Shown here in pieces: positions 51,646 to 64,000 of a stretch of DNA of 64,000 nucleotides (its first letter is position 1; each line of letters opens with the position of its first letter). The notes under the pieces were generated by a model. That model did not search any database. It was given only the letters and a program-made list of their open reading frames with translations, and was not told the DNA's origin. The position numbers were made by a program, and so were the translations under genes. This DNA is from Octopus vulgaris (taxonomy: Eukaryota), in assembly GCA_951406725.2 (NCBI GenBank), contig OX597831.1, positions 48,608,001-48,672,000 on the forward strand, given 5' to 3'.

Positions 51646-51979
51646 TTAAATGTTTATTTTTTTTTTATTTTATGTCTGTATGGGTCAGAGAAAATCCACT
51701 GAGACATATTTTTCATGATTAATTCTGGTCAAAGAAAGCAGAAGATTCAATTCCGAAATTTGAGTTTGATAAAAATTTAATTAAACATTAAATATAAACA
51801 AGTAGTTGCAGATCTTTAGTAAACATGGTGATAGCACACACACACACTTTGGTCCTTATTGGAGCTCTTCAGTGAAGTATAGCCTTGCCAAGACTTTTAC
51901 TGAGTGGGTTCTATCGTTTGAGTTATAAACCCTTGATTCTCTCTCCCTCTATATGTATGTGTATGTGTAATGTATATGT

Positions 51980-52608
51980 ATCATCATCATCATCATCATT
52001 TAACATCCGTTTTTCATGCTAGCATGGGTTGGACGGTTTGGCCAGAGCTGGCAGCTGGGGAACTGCACCAGGCCCCAGTCTTATTTGGCTTGGTTTCTTA
52101 TAGTTGGATGCCCTTCCTAACACTAACCACTTTATAGAGTGTGCTGGATGCTCTTACATGGTGTCTCACAGGCACTTTTACATGGTGTCACATGGACGCT
52201 ATTACGTGGTGTCCCACGTGTGCTTTTACGTGGCACCACACAAGCATTTTTACATGGCACTGCCATGAGTGCTTCGTATGTATTTATATATATACATATA
52301 TATACACACATATATATATATATATGTATGTATGTATGTATATGTATATATTTTTATACATAATTAGGATAAAGTCATTATTTAATGATTTATCAGTGGT
52401 CAGCATACTAGAATACCATAATGGTTAATTTATCAGCATAACCAGCCCATTTAAGAGTATCCTTCAGTCATTGGGCTATAAACTGCATTTGTGAAGACCT
52501 GTTAAGTCAAGCAAAGTCATTGTCATGGCCAATGACAGTACTGCCTGATTGGCCCCCATGCTGGTGGCATGTAAAAAGCACCATTCAAGTGTGGTCGGTG
52601 CCAGTGCC
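51980..52608. mobile_element. Family C copies: 51980-52265 (-, with 22-bp units) and 52420-52608 (+)
   Basis: Similar to the RTE 3'UTR. Confidence 0.75.
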
Positions 52609-52737
52609 TAACTCTAATCCTAATTCTAAACCCTAATCCTAATCCTAACCCTAAACCCAATCCTAACCCTAAACCCTAACTCTAACCCTAACCCTAACCC
52701 TAATCCCTAAACCCTAACCTTCTCCCTAACCCTAAAC
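52608..52737 (-). repeat. Degenerate interstitial (TTAGGG)n-like tract
   Basis: About 20 CCCTAA/CCTAAT/CCCTAAA units. Confidence 0.8.
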
Positions 52738-52815
52738 ACTGGGTGTATATATTCTTTACTTTTGCTGAAAGTGTTTATGTAAATTGAATTTATTCTCTCT
52801 CATTACATCTCTCTC

Positions 52816-52868
<53 letters not shown>

Positions 52869-52906
52869 TTATCTATCTGCATATCTATATTTCTGTCACC
52901 TCTGTG

Positions 52907-52947
<41 letters not shown>

Positions 52948-53639
52948 ACCTCCAGTGCCATGTAATACTGTCACCAAAACAAGTTCAATGTCTCATCAGC
53001 CATGTCAAATTACCAGCATCCCCACAGTGATGCTTAACCATCTCATTCCTTCCCCCACCTTACTCACACCTGTGTTAGAAATACCAATTTTTAATTGGTT
53101 CTTTTATGCCAACAAACACTGGATTCAGTTCTATGTCATTCATCACAAATATATTCTTTCAATTTTCTTCAGCTACTCTAATTGCAGTTGTGGGATTAAT
53201 GGGAAAAAAAAAATAGAAACAAAAATCTAAAAAAAAACAGTTTTTATTTTTATTTTCTCTCCTAGAATAAGAAGAAGACATTTTAAGTGCAAAAATATTA
53301 ACTGTCTAAACAAATTGACACTGTGTACATACAGTTAAATATGTAGTTACACAAATTTAATTGAATGCTTAAGTCTTAAATTTGAAGATCAGTCCAACCT
53401 AGTTAGTAAAAAAGAAACAAAATTTTTAAAAAGAAACGAAGAATTTTATAATTTTTTTCTTTCAGTTTTGTTTGATTATGTAGGAAACAATAAAGCATAC
53501 TGAACATATCAAATAGTTTGACAGCATCATTATTCTTTCGTTTCTTTGTTCAGGGAACACCCTGTAAAGCTAAGCAATTTTTATTATATCTGTAACCATT
53601 ACCACATCATCAACAACAATAATAATTTTAAGAAAACAG

Positions 53640-53673
<34 letters not shown>

Positions 53674-53841
53674 GCTAAATAGGATATTTCTACAGCAAAT
53701 AGATTTCCGTGGAAAAACAGGATAATTGATGCTCTGTAAATGATGTGTATTGCAATTCATAAGGGAGTCATTGAGCTTCAGATGAACAAAGTGGTGGTGA
53801 ACAGTTGAAATAATGAATCAAGGAGTTGAATGAAGCTACGA

Positions 53842-54380
53842 AGAGGAAGAGAGGGAGGGAGGGAGGGAGAAAGAGGGAGAGGAAATAGGGAGGGGGGAGG
53901 GAAGGAGACAGAGAGAGGTAGAGAGGGATAGAAAGAGAATCAGAGAGGGAGAGAGAAAGAGTCACAGAGAGAGGAAGAGAGTCAGAGGGGGAGAGAGAAA
54001 GAGAGTAAGTGAGAGAGAGAAAGAGAGTAAGTGAGAGAGAGAAAGAGAGTCAGAGAGAGGGAGAGAGAGCAGGAGAAAGAGATGGAGGGGAGAAAGAGAA
54101 AGGGAGACAGATAGAGGTAGAGAAGAATAGAAAGAGAGTCAGAGAGGGAGAAAGAGTCAGAGAGAGAGGAAGAGAGTCAGAGGGGGAGAGAGAAAGAGAG
54201 TCAGAGAGGGAGAAAGAGTCAGAGAGAGAGAAAGAGAGAAAGAGAGTCAGAGGGGGAGAGAGAAAGAGTCAGTGAGAGAGAGAGAAAGAGAAAGAGAGTC
54301 AGAGGAAGAGAGAAAGAGAGTCAGAGGGGGAGAGAGAAAGAGAGTCAGAGAGAGAGACAGACAGAAAGAGATAAAGGGGA
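53842..54380. repeat. Purine-rich minisatellite (AGAGTCAGAGGGGGAGAGAGAAAG-type units)
   Basis: Repeated GAGTCAGAG units in (GA)n. Confidence 0.85.
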
Positions 54381-55851
54381 AAATCAAACAATGAATATTG
54401 TATATGAAAACTGAAGATGGAGGGACACACAGAGGTTAGTGGTGAGGAGTAATTTTGTTATATACTTTTATGATTTTTCAGAGAAAATAAGAAAAGATAG
54501 CCAACTCCCATGGCAAGCAAACAATGACCTCTTGACATGTAAGTAGTTAATGGCCATTGGGTATATGCTATAGACTATTGGTCTTGCTGCTAAATTGCTT
54601 CCATCACATAATCTAAGAGTGATGGGTCGGTAGCAGATGGTGTGTGTACAGTTGAGTAGATGTTTGGTGTGGTTGATTACCTTCTGTTCTGTTCCGATCA
54701 GGTAGAGCTATGATCAAAGGGCCTCAAACCTTGACCATCATGTCTTGTCTTTTTGGGGGTTTTTTGGGGGGTTTTTTGTTTGTTTGTTTTTTTTTTTTGT
54801 GGGGGGTTGCTTTTTTTATAAGTTTTCAGATTATGTATCTTGGATTATACTGACGGATGTGTTCTTTTCATCGAAGATGTTAGGTGGGGGTGGGTTGGTG
54901 TGGGGTAGGATGGGTGGGATTTGAGGAAGATTTCATTTCTTTTGTCCTTGACTTGTTTCAGTCACCGGACTGCGGTCATACTGGAGTACTGTCTAGAAGG
55001 ATTTTGATTGAATAAATTTCCCCCAGTACTTACACACACACATACTTACACACAAACACACACACACACACATATGCATGTGTATCATTCTGTTTGCGTT
55101 ACAAGACCCCCCCCCAGCACCAATCTCCCACCCCCTGCAATGCTTGACAACTAGTATTGGTTTGTTTACATCCATGTAACATGGCAGTTTGGCAAAAGAG
55201 ACGAAGAGAATAAATACCAGACTTGAATATAAAAACTGAGGTTGATTTGGTTGACTGAACACTTATGCTGGTGCCCCAGCATGGCCATGGTCCAATGACT
55301 GAAACAAGTAAAAGATAAAAGATGAGATTCGAGGAAAACTTTGTCACTATTTCTAGACAGCCATAAAGCCTTCTTTACTGGCCTATCTGGTTAGATATCA
55401 TCAATAGTTAACAGCAAAATAACCTGTATAATAATCTGCTTGTTCGTTCACCTGTAATACATTAGTTAGTTAGAGAGGTGGAGGTGGAGTGAGTGAGAGT
55501 GGCAGTGGAGGTAGAGTGAGTGAGAGGTGCAGTAAAAGTGAGAAAGAGAGAGAGAGAGAAGGAATGTGAGTAGAGAAGAAAGAAATGAGGAAGAAGTAGA
55601 GAAAGATGTATAACAAGGCCAACTCCTTTCTTAAATAGCTTTCATTAATCTTTCTTTCTGGTCTGTGGAATTTCCATGGGTCCCACTCATGTAGTATAAA
55701 TATCAGATCATTTATTTTGTTACCATAAGGTAGTTAGAGTAAATGGGTGTCTCCTAGCTTTGATTTTGAGTATTTTTTTGTTCAAAAAGTGAATCTACCT
55801 GTTCATTAAATTAGCCTCAAAGTAACTGAGTACACCACAGACACATGTACA

Positions 55852-56616
55852 TTCTTACTTATTTAAAGCTTTTCATTCCCTTAGAAGCATTGGCCACCTA
55901 TGATTTTTCTTCACTGCTCTTGACTCTGAGATGTCTTTTCTGCTCCTTTCCAAATGGATCCCTGCTTTTTCAGCTTTACCCCATATGTTTTCCACCTCAT
56001 ATGTCCCACTGAGTGAAGGCCTTCCCCTCCCAAGTCTTATTGATTTAGAACTATCATTGATGCTTCTCTAACATTTCTTTTTGTTTTGTTTTTTTAGGTA
56101 GGGACGTTGGTCCAACACAAACCCATTTTTACCTCCTGGAAAGAGGTGGCCCATATAAATCTGGCCTCTATCCTTTGACCTGTCCAGCATGGGAGACCCT
56201 ACCAGGAGCTTATGCTCTACTATAGTGGTTCCAAACTGGGATCCATATAAAATTTTTAGGGGTCCATGTAACAAAATAGTAAATTAGGGATCCACAATAG
56301 AATTTTAAGGGCCCCTGTAAAAGTTTTGCTTTAGATGTATGTATTGGTATGTATTACAAGAAACAGCTAGGTTTCTTAATCTAACATTTTACATAGATCA
56401 ACCTACATACATTAACATGGGAAAAACAAAATAGGAATTTTGAAAGATGTTTCTATTAAACTAGTTTTTAAACATCAAATGCCTGAGGGGCTCCACTAGA
56501 ATAAAATAGTAATCAAAGGAGTTCGTTGATAAAAAAAAAAGTGGGTGAGAACCCCTGCTCTACTGGCATACTCCTCAGGGACATTGAGGTGCATAAACCA
56601 CCTCTCTGCAACAAGG
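55852..56616 (-). mobile_element. Bipartite RTE-derived non-autonomous element (5' end plus 3' end), split by a hAT MITE
   Basis: Minus strand CCTTGTTGC...CTCAATG...GAGTATGCC...GGTAGGGTCTCCCATGCTGGACAGGTC resembles the 5' ends of RTE/Rex3/BovB elements. The 3' end reads GGCCAATGCTTCTAAGGGAATGAAAAGCTTTAAATAGTAAG. Confidence 0.55.
56223..56557. mobile_element. hAT (Charlie-like) MITE
   Basis: TIRs TAGTGGTTCCAAAC and GTGAGAACCCCTG. 8-bp TSD CTCTACTA/CTCTACTG. Confidence 0.85.
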
Positions 56617-57559
56617 GCTGGATAGACACATGTTCAGTTAACATAATCCTAAGGCAGAATCAGCATGACGTAGTGTGTATGACAAGGCCATACTTTTGAG
56701 TTACAAATACTATTCATATGATGAATGCTAGCATAGCTATTGCCTATCCAATTTCATTTACAAGCCTAGGATCAACCTGATGCAACCATAAAAGACACAT
56801 TCTCAAGATACCCTGCTGTGGGATTGAACCTGAGATCACCCCAGGATTTCTTGGTTGTGAAGCCAACGTTTTAAACATACAGCCATGCCATCAACACAAC
56901 CAAAAGGTATAATGAATAAAATCCCATTTCTATCCACTAGTGTCTATCCACTAGTAAACAGTTTTAATCCTTGTATAACACATAATGACATGGATCAAGT
57001 GGTTATCCTCTAACAAACAGTTTTTAATCCTTGCAATGCTATGGATGACATAGTTATCTTCTAGTAAACAGGATCTAATCTCTGAATTCTCATGGATTAG
57101 GTGTTAAACTTCAACACACGGGGCTTGCTCCCTTGAACTTCATATTTTTATCTCCAGTTAATATTTTACTTCATTTATTTATTATATATTAAAATTTTGA
57201 TTGTTGTTGACCACAGGCCAGCCCTGCCCAAGGAGATCTAACTTTAAGCAAGAACATTCCAACTACGAACATATCATCTGACTACAAACAATTAGCATTA
57301 TATAACTCCTCTTTCACTTTTTAATCATGATTGTTCCAGTTTTCAGATCATTTTTTCTTCAGAATTAACGTCTGTAGGATTACATTATCCTGTGAATCTT
57401 CTGTTTTTAAAATCAATGTCAGTGTTATTTGGAGAACAATTGGTTGCTATTTCTAGCAGTATACATGTCGTTACAAATTCTATGACTGTGGGGTTTAAAA
57501 GTATACTTTGGGACCACATGCTTAGGGGATTCAGCACCTCCTTAAAGACTCTCTTCAGT

Positions 57560-57880
57560 CATGAATGACCATGGGATTGTATCTCGAAAGTTCCCCTCCA
57601 AGACACATGTCCAGGCAAGATTGTTTATGAAAGACCAGAAATCGCCCATGCATACCAGCCTCCCCTCTCCGTGCCACTTATGTTATCCAAGGGAAAGACA
57701 AAGGCTGAAACAACTTCACACCAGTGACATTGCAACTCATTTTTACAGCTGAGTAAACAAGAGCAATGTGAAATAAAGTGTCTTGCTCAAGAACATAATA
57801 CACAACCTGGTCCAGGAATTGAACTCACTACCTCATAATTGTGAGACTGACGCTCTAACCACTGAGCCATGCACCTTCAC
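57560..57880 (-). mobile_element. SINE family F
   Basis: Reverse complement of 49963-50295. Confidence 0.8.
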
Positions 57881-58841
57881 TCAGTACCCCCACCTTCATG
57901 AATATTGCTCACTAATGTTTATACTATAGCCACAGATTGACCTATAGCTTTTGAATAAGATTGGTTGATAGAAACTGAAGAAATCTCTCATATATACATA
58001 TGTGCATGTGTTTGTGTGAGTAATTTCATATTTTCTCCATGTCTTATGTGTGTTTGCTGACAGTAAACATAACAATAGCCTTGCTGTCAAATATATGTAA
58101 TGTTGTATGTTTGCAGTCAACCATGAAAGTATTCCTGAGCTCCTTGACATGTCTTGACATGTCATGCAATCTTTGTAAATACAAAAGCCATGTAAGCTTG
58201 TCCAGGCTATTCAGAGTTTATCAGACGAGAGGATTATTAATTTACCAGGAAACAGGAGAGGGTTGGTGACAGGAAAGGCATTCAACTATGGAAAATCTGC
58301 CTTAATGAAGTTCATTTGAATTACCGAAGCATGGAAAAGTGGACGTAACAATGGTGATGATGGTGGTGATAATGACGACAACGTCACTGCTGCCAAGGAA
58401 GAAGATGCGGAGATGTGCAGAGATGTGCAGTTTCAGCATCATTAAGTCGATACCTTCAGGAATAAAAAAAAATTAAACCAGAGGCAAAACTGAGCCAATG
58501 TGAGAGCCTCTGTGTGATCACTCAACCCACTAGAAATAACAACTAAATCTCTCTAAAAACATACAACATAGATGTGTAGTAAAAAAAAACCTCGCTTTGC
58601 AACCACATAAGTTCAGGTCTGATCCTACTGTTTGACATCTTGGTCAAGTTTCTCATACAGTAATCTCGGATTGATACCAATGCTCTGTAAGTCAAATTTG
58701 GTAGATGGCAATTGATCAGAAGTCCACTGAGGGAGGTCAGTGCTTGTATTTATATATAGTAAGTGATCAAGAACTGCAGGAATCCAGGTAGCTACCTCAG
58801 GTAACACTCATGTGCACACTGGCTATTATTATGTACTGGAA

Positions 58842-59297
58842 GATGGTGGCTAACTGGCAGAATCATTAGCAAGCTGGGCAAAATGCTCAGCAGCATTTCA
58901 TCTGACTTTACATTCTGAGTTCAAATTCCACTGAAGTCAACTTTACCTTTCATCCTTTTGGGATCAATAAATAAAGTATCAGTGAAACACTGGGGTCAAT
59001 GTAGTCGACTAGTCCCCTCCCCAAAATTTCCGGCCTTGTGCCTTCAATAGAAAAGATTATTATTATTATGTCTAAGGAAGACGGTGAGCTGGCAGAATTG
59101 TTACCACACCGGAAAAAATGCTTAGCAGCATTTCATCTGTCTTTACGTTCTGAGTTCAAATTCTGCTGAGGTTGACTTTGCCTTTCATCCTTTCAGATCG
59201 ATAAATTAAGTACCAGTGAAATGCTGGGGTCAATGTAATCAACTAGTCTCCTCCCCCAAAATTTCAGGTCTTGTACCTTTAGCAGAAAGGATTATTA
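58842..59297 (+). mobile_element. Two tandem SINE family A copies
   Basis: Copies at 58842-59060 and 59080-59297, each with an (ATT)n tail. Confidence 0.85.
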
Positions 59298-59492
59298 TGT
59301 ATGTAAGAAAAATTTCTTTGGTAGAAGCATTACTGTTATACAGTTTTGAAATCCATTCTTTACATTTGTGCACAGTGTGTGTGTGTGTGTTTGCGTATGT
59401 TTGCATTGAGTGCTTCTTGGGCAATAGTGATATTGTTTGTGTGGCTGGCATAAACAAAAAGCTCAAAAGTATGGCAGAATAGTGTATAGAGA

Positions 59493-59905
59493 TCATCATC
59501 ATCATCATCATCATCGTTTAACAGCCGTTTTCCATGCTAGCATGGGTTGGACGGTTCAACCGGGGTCTGGGAAGCCAGGAGGCTGCACCAGGCTCCAGTC
59601 GATCTGGCAGTGTTTCTACAGCTGGATGCCCTTCCTAACGCCAACCACTCTGTGAGTGTAATTGGTGCTTTTTATGTGCCACCGGCACAGGGGCCAGAGG
59701 AGGCTGGCAACAGCTATGATCAGTTGGTTCTTTTTATGTGCCACTGGGATGGAAGCCAGCCAAGGTGGCGCTGGCATCAGCCATGTTCGGATGGTGCTTT
59801 TTACATGCCACCGACACAGGTATCACAACTACAATTCCATTTGATTTTTATTTTGATGTTGATGTACTTGACAGAATAGGTTTCCTCAAGCACAGCAGGT
59901 CACCC
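59493..59905 (-). mobile_element. RTE 3'UTR copy (family C)
   Basis: Similar to 31250-31718. Confidence 0.8.
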
Positions 59906-61035
59906 CACAATCCAAGGTAAGCACCACAGGCCGTCCTGCGATCGTGGAATAAAATACCTTGCTTAAAAACAATGGTTAGCATCTGGAAAAGCATCCATCG
60001 ATAGAATCATAGGGTACTGACTCAATACAATATAAAGTAGATGTAAAATGATAACAAAAATAGTGATGATGGTGATTTTAATGATGGCGTTAATGATGAA
60101 GACAATAATGATGATTGCACTGGACAATGTGTTTCTGAATTTACTGTCTGTAACAAAAAGAAAAAGAGAAAACGAGACAGTTATGGCTATAAATCCTTTG
60201 ATCATAGCTCTGTTTGAGCAAGTTCACATGGAGCTAAACAAGAACCACAGCAACAGTAGCAACAGCATCATAAATAGGAAAGGAATTTTAAAGGGATGAT
60301 GTTGTGGGGTGGAAAGAATTGCTGTATTGATGTTGGATATGAGACACAGTACAGGTAATGAGATGAGGAGAGACAGTAGTTTTGTGAAGGCTTTTGTTGT
60401 TATGAGACACAATGAATTAGCTTATAGAAGCAGGGGGTGTTTTAGTTGAAAGAAAAAAATCAATTTATTTGCCCCTGAGAAAAGCATGAACATCACAAGT
60501 TCTCATTTATTTCTTCCAAACCAACGCCCATCCAAGCCTCATCATCAACACCACCATCAAAACCACCACCACCAACACCAACAACAACAACTATTACAAC
60601 CCTGCTGATTATCCACTGGTTGAGGTTTCCTTGATTATAAAAGGTCAGACAACTGGGTCTGTTTATAGTATACGATAAATATTTATTAGTTACATCATGA
60701 TAAAGTCAGTCAGATCAACTGTTTCAAATGCATATATTGTAATACAGCGAAGATGAGTATCAATGACCATGTCACAATTCCAACAACAAAGGGCTTTGAT
60801 ATATAATAAGCATAACATAACTGAAATAAAAACAAAAGATCATAAAGTGAAAGTTAATACAAGAGAATATGTTTTAAATTATCAATAATATTACTATATT
60901 ACAAATAACTAGTTTCCTTTCAACATACCCCTATCAGATGATTCGATATGAGAATGTTGAAAACTATCAAATCATTTACTTGCCAAACAAGTTAGAACAA
61001 AAGGATAAAATATTTATTTCGTTTTGGGACTTGTT

Positions 61036-61073
<38 letters not shown>

Positions 61074-61075
61074 TT

Positions 61076-61262
61076 GCCATGATAGATCATTAGCCACTAC
61101 ACACATTTTTTCTCTCCTTGTTTCTTTCAGTGTTCCTTTCTGTGGAAGAGCATAGGCTCGAAATGTTAAAGACTTTTTCAATTCCCAAGCGTTATACTAA
61201 TACATCTGTTTGTCATCTACACCACCTGTCTTCATCTTTTGTTTTTTTGTGAATTCTCCCTA
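61076..61262 (+). mobile_element. ~200-bp hammerhead-like dispersed repeat
   Basis: Copy of 24515-24718, flanked by (TA)n. Confidence 0.8.
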
Positions 61263-62782
61263 TATATATATATATATATATATTACTGTTTTATTATAAT
61301 ACAGAAAGAATATATTTTTTATATAGTCATGAACAGGGCATGGAAGAGAAATGCTTTGATAATTTTTGAATCACAGGAGCTTGAAATGGCTATACATGTA
61401 ACATCTGTTAAAGAAGAAATATCAAGAACCATTTGAGCAGTCAGAAATAATTTAAGGCTTCTAGATTCAATGATATTAGAGGAGAAATGCTAATAGTAGA
61501 TAGGCAAATGGTTGCTAGAACCTTAAGCTGTTTAATGATATATGGAGTATTTTACAATTACCTGAAGATTAGATCTGTCGAGTAATTTTGTTTGTTTTTA
61601 TTAACATGGATGGTGTAGGGGATGTAGGCATACTCCTTGCGGAGAAATGAGTGGATAAGGTCATAGGGTAATTTTGTTTGTTTTTATATTCTTTTTATCT
61701 TTTATGTTATTTTTTAACTTTCTATTTGTTTCTGTCATTAGACTGCGGCCAAGCTGGGGCACTGGCTTGAAGAATTTTTAGTCAAATGTATTGACCCAAG
61801 TACTTATTATTTTCAATGCCTGGTACTTATTCTATTGGTCTTCTTTGCTTAGAATGAATATATCTACCTAAGGATGAGTTTTTAGGAAGGGTAAACTTAG
61901 GCAGTGGTTCTTATTTTGTTTACATATAAATAAATTTTATGTTTATGTTTACAGTGGTGGGTTTGAAAGTATGATTTGAAAGTATGGTCCATGTATCAGA
62001 GGTGGAAATTTATATGCAGGATATCGGTTGATACTAAAGAGAGTATGGCACCATGTGGTGACCAAAGTACGATATTAATGTTCATTATTTTTTCGATCAA
62101 CAAGTCCATGAATCCTTGTTTGCATTGGTTGTGCATCATACCACATAATCTATAATTAATATCCATATCCTGACATTTATGATGATAGCATGTAATAACA
62201 TACAACATACTATATCATAAGACCATTCCATCACGCTTTCCTAACCCCTACCCCTAATACATTACACAATATATCATCTGTCAAATTATCATCTGCCATT
62301 TGATATGATTATATAACTCATGATGTTCTTATAAGCAATATATTTGTACGTGTGGCTAACATCATTATTACAGCTATTATGACATGTACCGTGAGTTTAT
62401 ATTTATATCGATCAGGTGGGAGGAAAGAACAATGGTCGTTTGGGGTTGTTTTGTGGTGATTTTTTTCATCTTCTCTTTTTCACTGTTTCTTTGCTATTTT
62501 GATAGTTTCTTTTTTGTATTTTTGTTTTTGGGTTTTTTCATCAATAGTCTCATAATATCATTATGCTCATCTGTCATAATCATTCTTTGATGATGCTTGA
62601 AAATAAAAATGGGATCAAGACCATCTATGAAAGACAAGGTAGGAATGAGGGTAAGCTGATTTATTTCGAGGGGAAAAAGAAAAAAAAGGAAAAGGGTAAA
62701 AATGGAAGTTTTTTTTTGTGGTCATACAATACAACACTAGGACTTCTACTATGGCCCAAGCCAATCAATATATTGTGCGGGG

Positions 62783-63000
62783 AAGGCAGCAAGCTGGCAG
62801 AAATGTTAGCACACCAGGCAGAATGCTTAGCAGTATTTCATCTCTCTTTACGTTCTGAGTTCAAATTCTGTTGCAGCTGACTTTGCCTTTCATCCTTTTC
62901 GGGTTGATAAATTAAATACCAGTTGCATACTGGGGTCGATTTAATCAACTAGCCCCCTCCCCCAAAATTTCAGGCTTTGTGCCTAGAGTAGAAAAGAATA
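62783..63000 (+). mobile_element. SINE family A
   Basis: Similar to other copies. Confidence 0.85.
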
Positions 63001-63051
63001 TATTGTGAGTGGATTTGATTGGTGGAAAATGAAAGAAGACTATTGTGTGTG

Positions 63052-63119
<68 letters not shown>

Positions 63120-63242
63120 GTATGTATATATGTATGTATGTATATATATATGTATATATATATGTATATATCTTTCTGAAGAATTTTCTAATATTGATTT
63201 CCTGATATTAATAATATATATATTATATAAAATAGATAGAAT

Positions 63243-63435
63243 GCCATGATAGATCCCTAGCCACTACACATTCTTTATTTTCTCTCCTTGTTTCTTTCAG
63301 CGTTCCTTTCTGTGGAAGAGCATAGGCTGGAAACGTAAAAGACTTTCTCAATTCCCGAGTGTTATACTAATACATCTGTTTGTTGTCTACATCACCTGTC
63401 TTCGTCTTTTGGGTTTTTTGTGTGAATTCTATCTA
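63243..63435 (+). mobile_element. ~200-bp hammerhead-like dispersed repeat
   Basis: Copy of 61076-61262. Confidence 0.8.
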
Positions 63436-63751
63436 TATATATATATATAATTCATAGAAGAATACAGTGTACATTCAAACACATAAGAGATGACCAATGA
63501 TAGGGCATCTAAATTTTTCCTTAGACCACTGGTAACAAAGAATTTTTCTATAAATATTTTTGCTACCCTAAGATTTTTTAATTAATAATAAAAGGTTATA
63601 TATATATATACATATATAAGTTCAGCAAAAATTTAGATTCAGATGAATATGGTACTTAAGTTAAAGGCACCAGAATTTGGTATAGTATTATCCATATAAA
63701 TCAAATGGGGTGATTATAATCAAAATAAGCAACAAGGATATCCAAAGGTAG

Positions 63752-63839
63752 TGTAGTACATTCGTTTCATGCTACTTCATTTAATTAAACAATGTAAGTA
63801 TTACATCAGTTTTAAAATGTAGAGCATTCTTCAGCCACA
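63752..63839 (-). ncRNA. Type I hammerhead ribozyme motif with intact catalytic core
   Basis: UGUGG-CUGAAGA-AUGCU...AGCAU-GAAA-C(GAAU)G-UA-CUACA. Helix I has 5 bp, helix II has 5 bp plus an extension, helix III is minimal, and the cleavage triplet is GUA. Confidence 0.7.
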
Positions 63840-64000
63840 TATGAAACTTTTAATTTTTTTAAAATTTAATTGATAATGTTCATTTTTATACTTATTCCAT
63901 TTGCCAACATTACAAAGAGGGTAGGTATATAGACAGAGAGGTGAGTTTCATCAATAAGAACATGGTAGTAGAAGATCTTTCCTCATGGGCAGATTTTTTA

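Noticed and set aside
51254-51722. Poly-His/Ser/Pro ORFs
   Set aside because: Pure trinucleotide microsatellite translations.
60690-60945. Additional hammerhead (minus-strand GAAACAGTTGATC)
   Set aside because: No convincing CUGANGA partner or helix I/II could be paired.
61954-62160. Candidate exon after TTTACAG
   Set aside because: All frames from the acceptor stop quickly, and no recognisable protein appears on either strand.

Overview
This is AT-rich, microsatellite-saturated animal genomic DNA. The SINE, LINE and mariner content looks like coleoid cephalopod, probably Octopus; this is an inference from repeat recognition, not a database result. Almost all ORFs in the track are microsatellite or repeat artefacts. 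The only plausible host coding sequence is one short exon at 13714-13850 (+; [20 protein letters not shown]...; GT donor). The remaining ~50 kb is probably a giant intron. The window holds several tRNA-derived SINE families, decayed LINE fragments (R4/Dong, RTE, CR1, L1/Tx1-like), and mariner, piggyBac-like, hAT and Helitron-like non-autonomous elements. The most interesting signals are four. (1) About ten minimal type-I hammerhead-ribozyme-like motifs of the Penelope type sit in AT-rich fold-back elements, in a small dispersed repeat and in the tail of a tRNA-headed SINE; the best-preserved are 63752-63839 and 9103-9150. (2) Three mariner families appear as fold-back derivatives with one end duplicated, one as a 1.1 kb palindrome that also duplicates flanking DNA. 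(3) A chimeric SINE (family-B head plus RTE tail) occurs twice, one copy with a TSD-like repeat. (4) Two SINE tails match the 3' ends of LINE fragments in the same window. Coordinates were read by eye and repeat boundaries are approximate.
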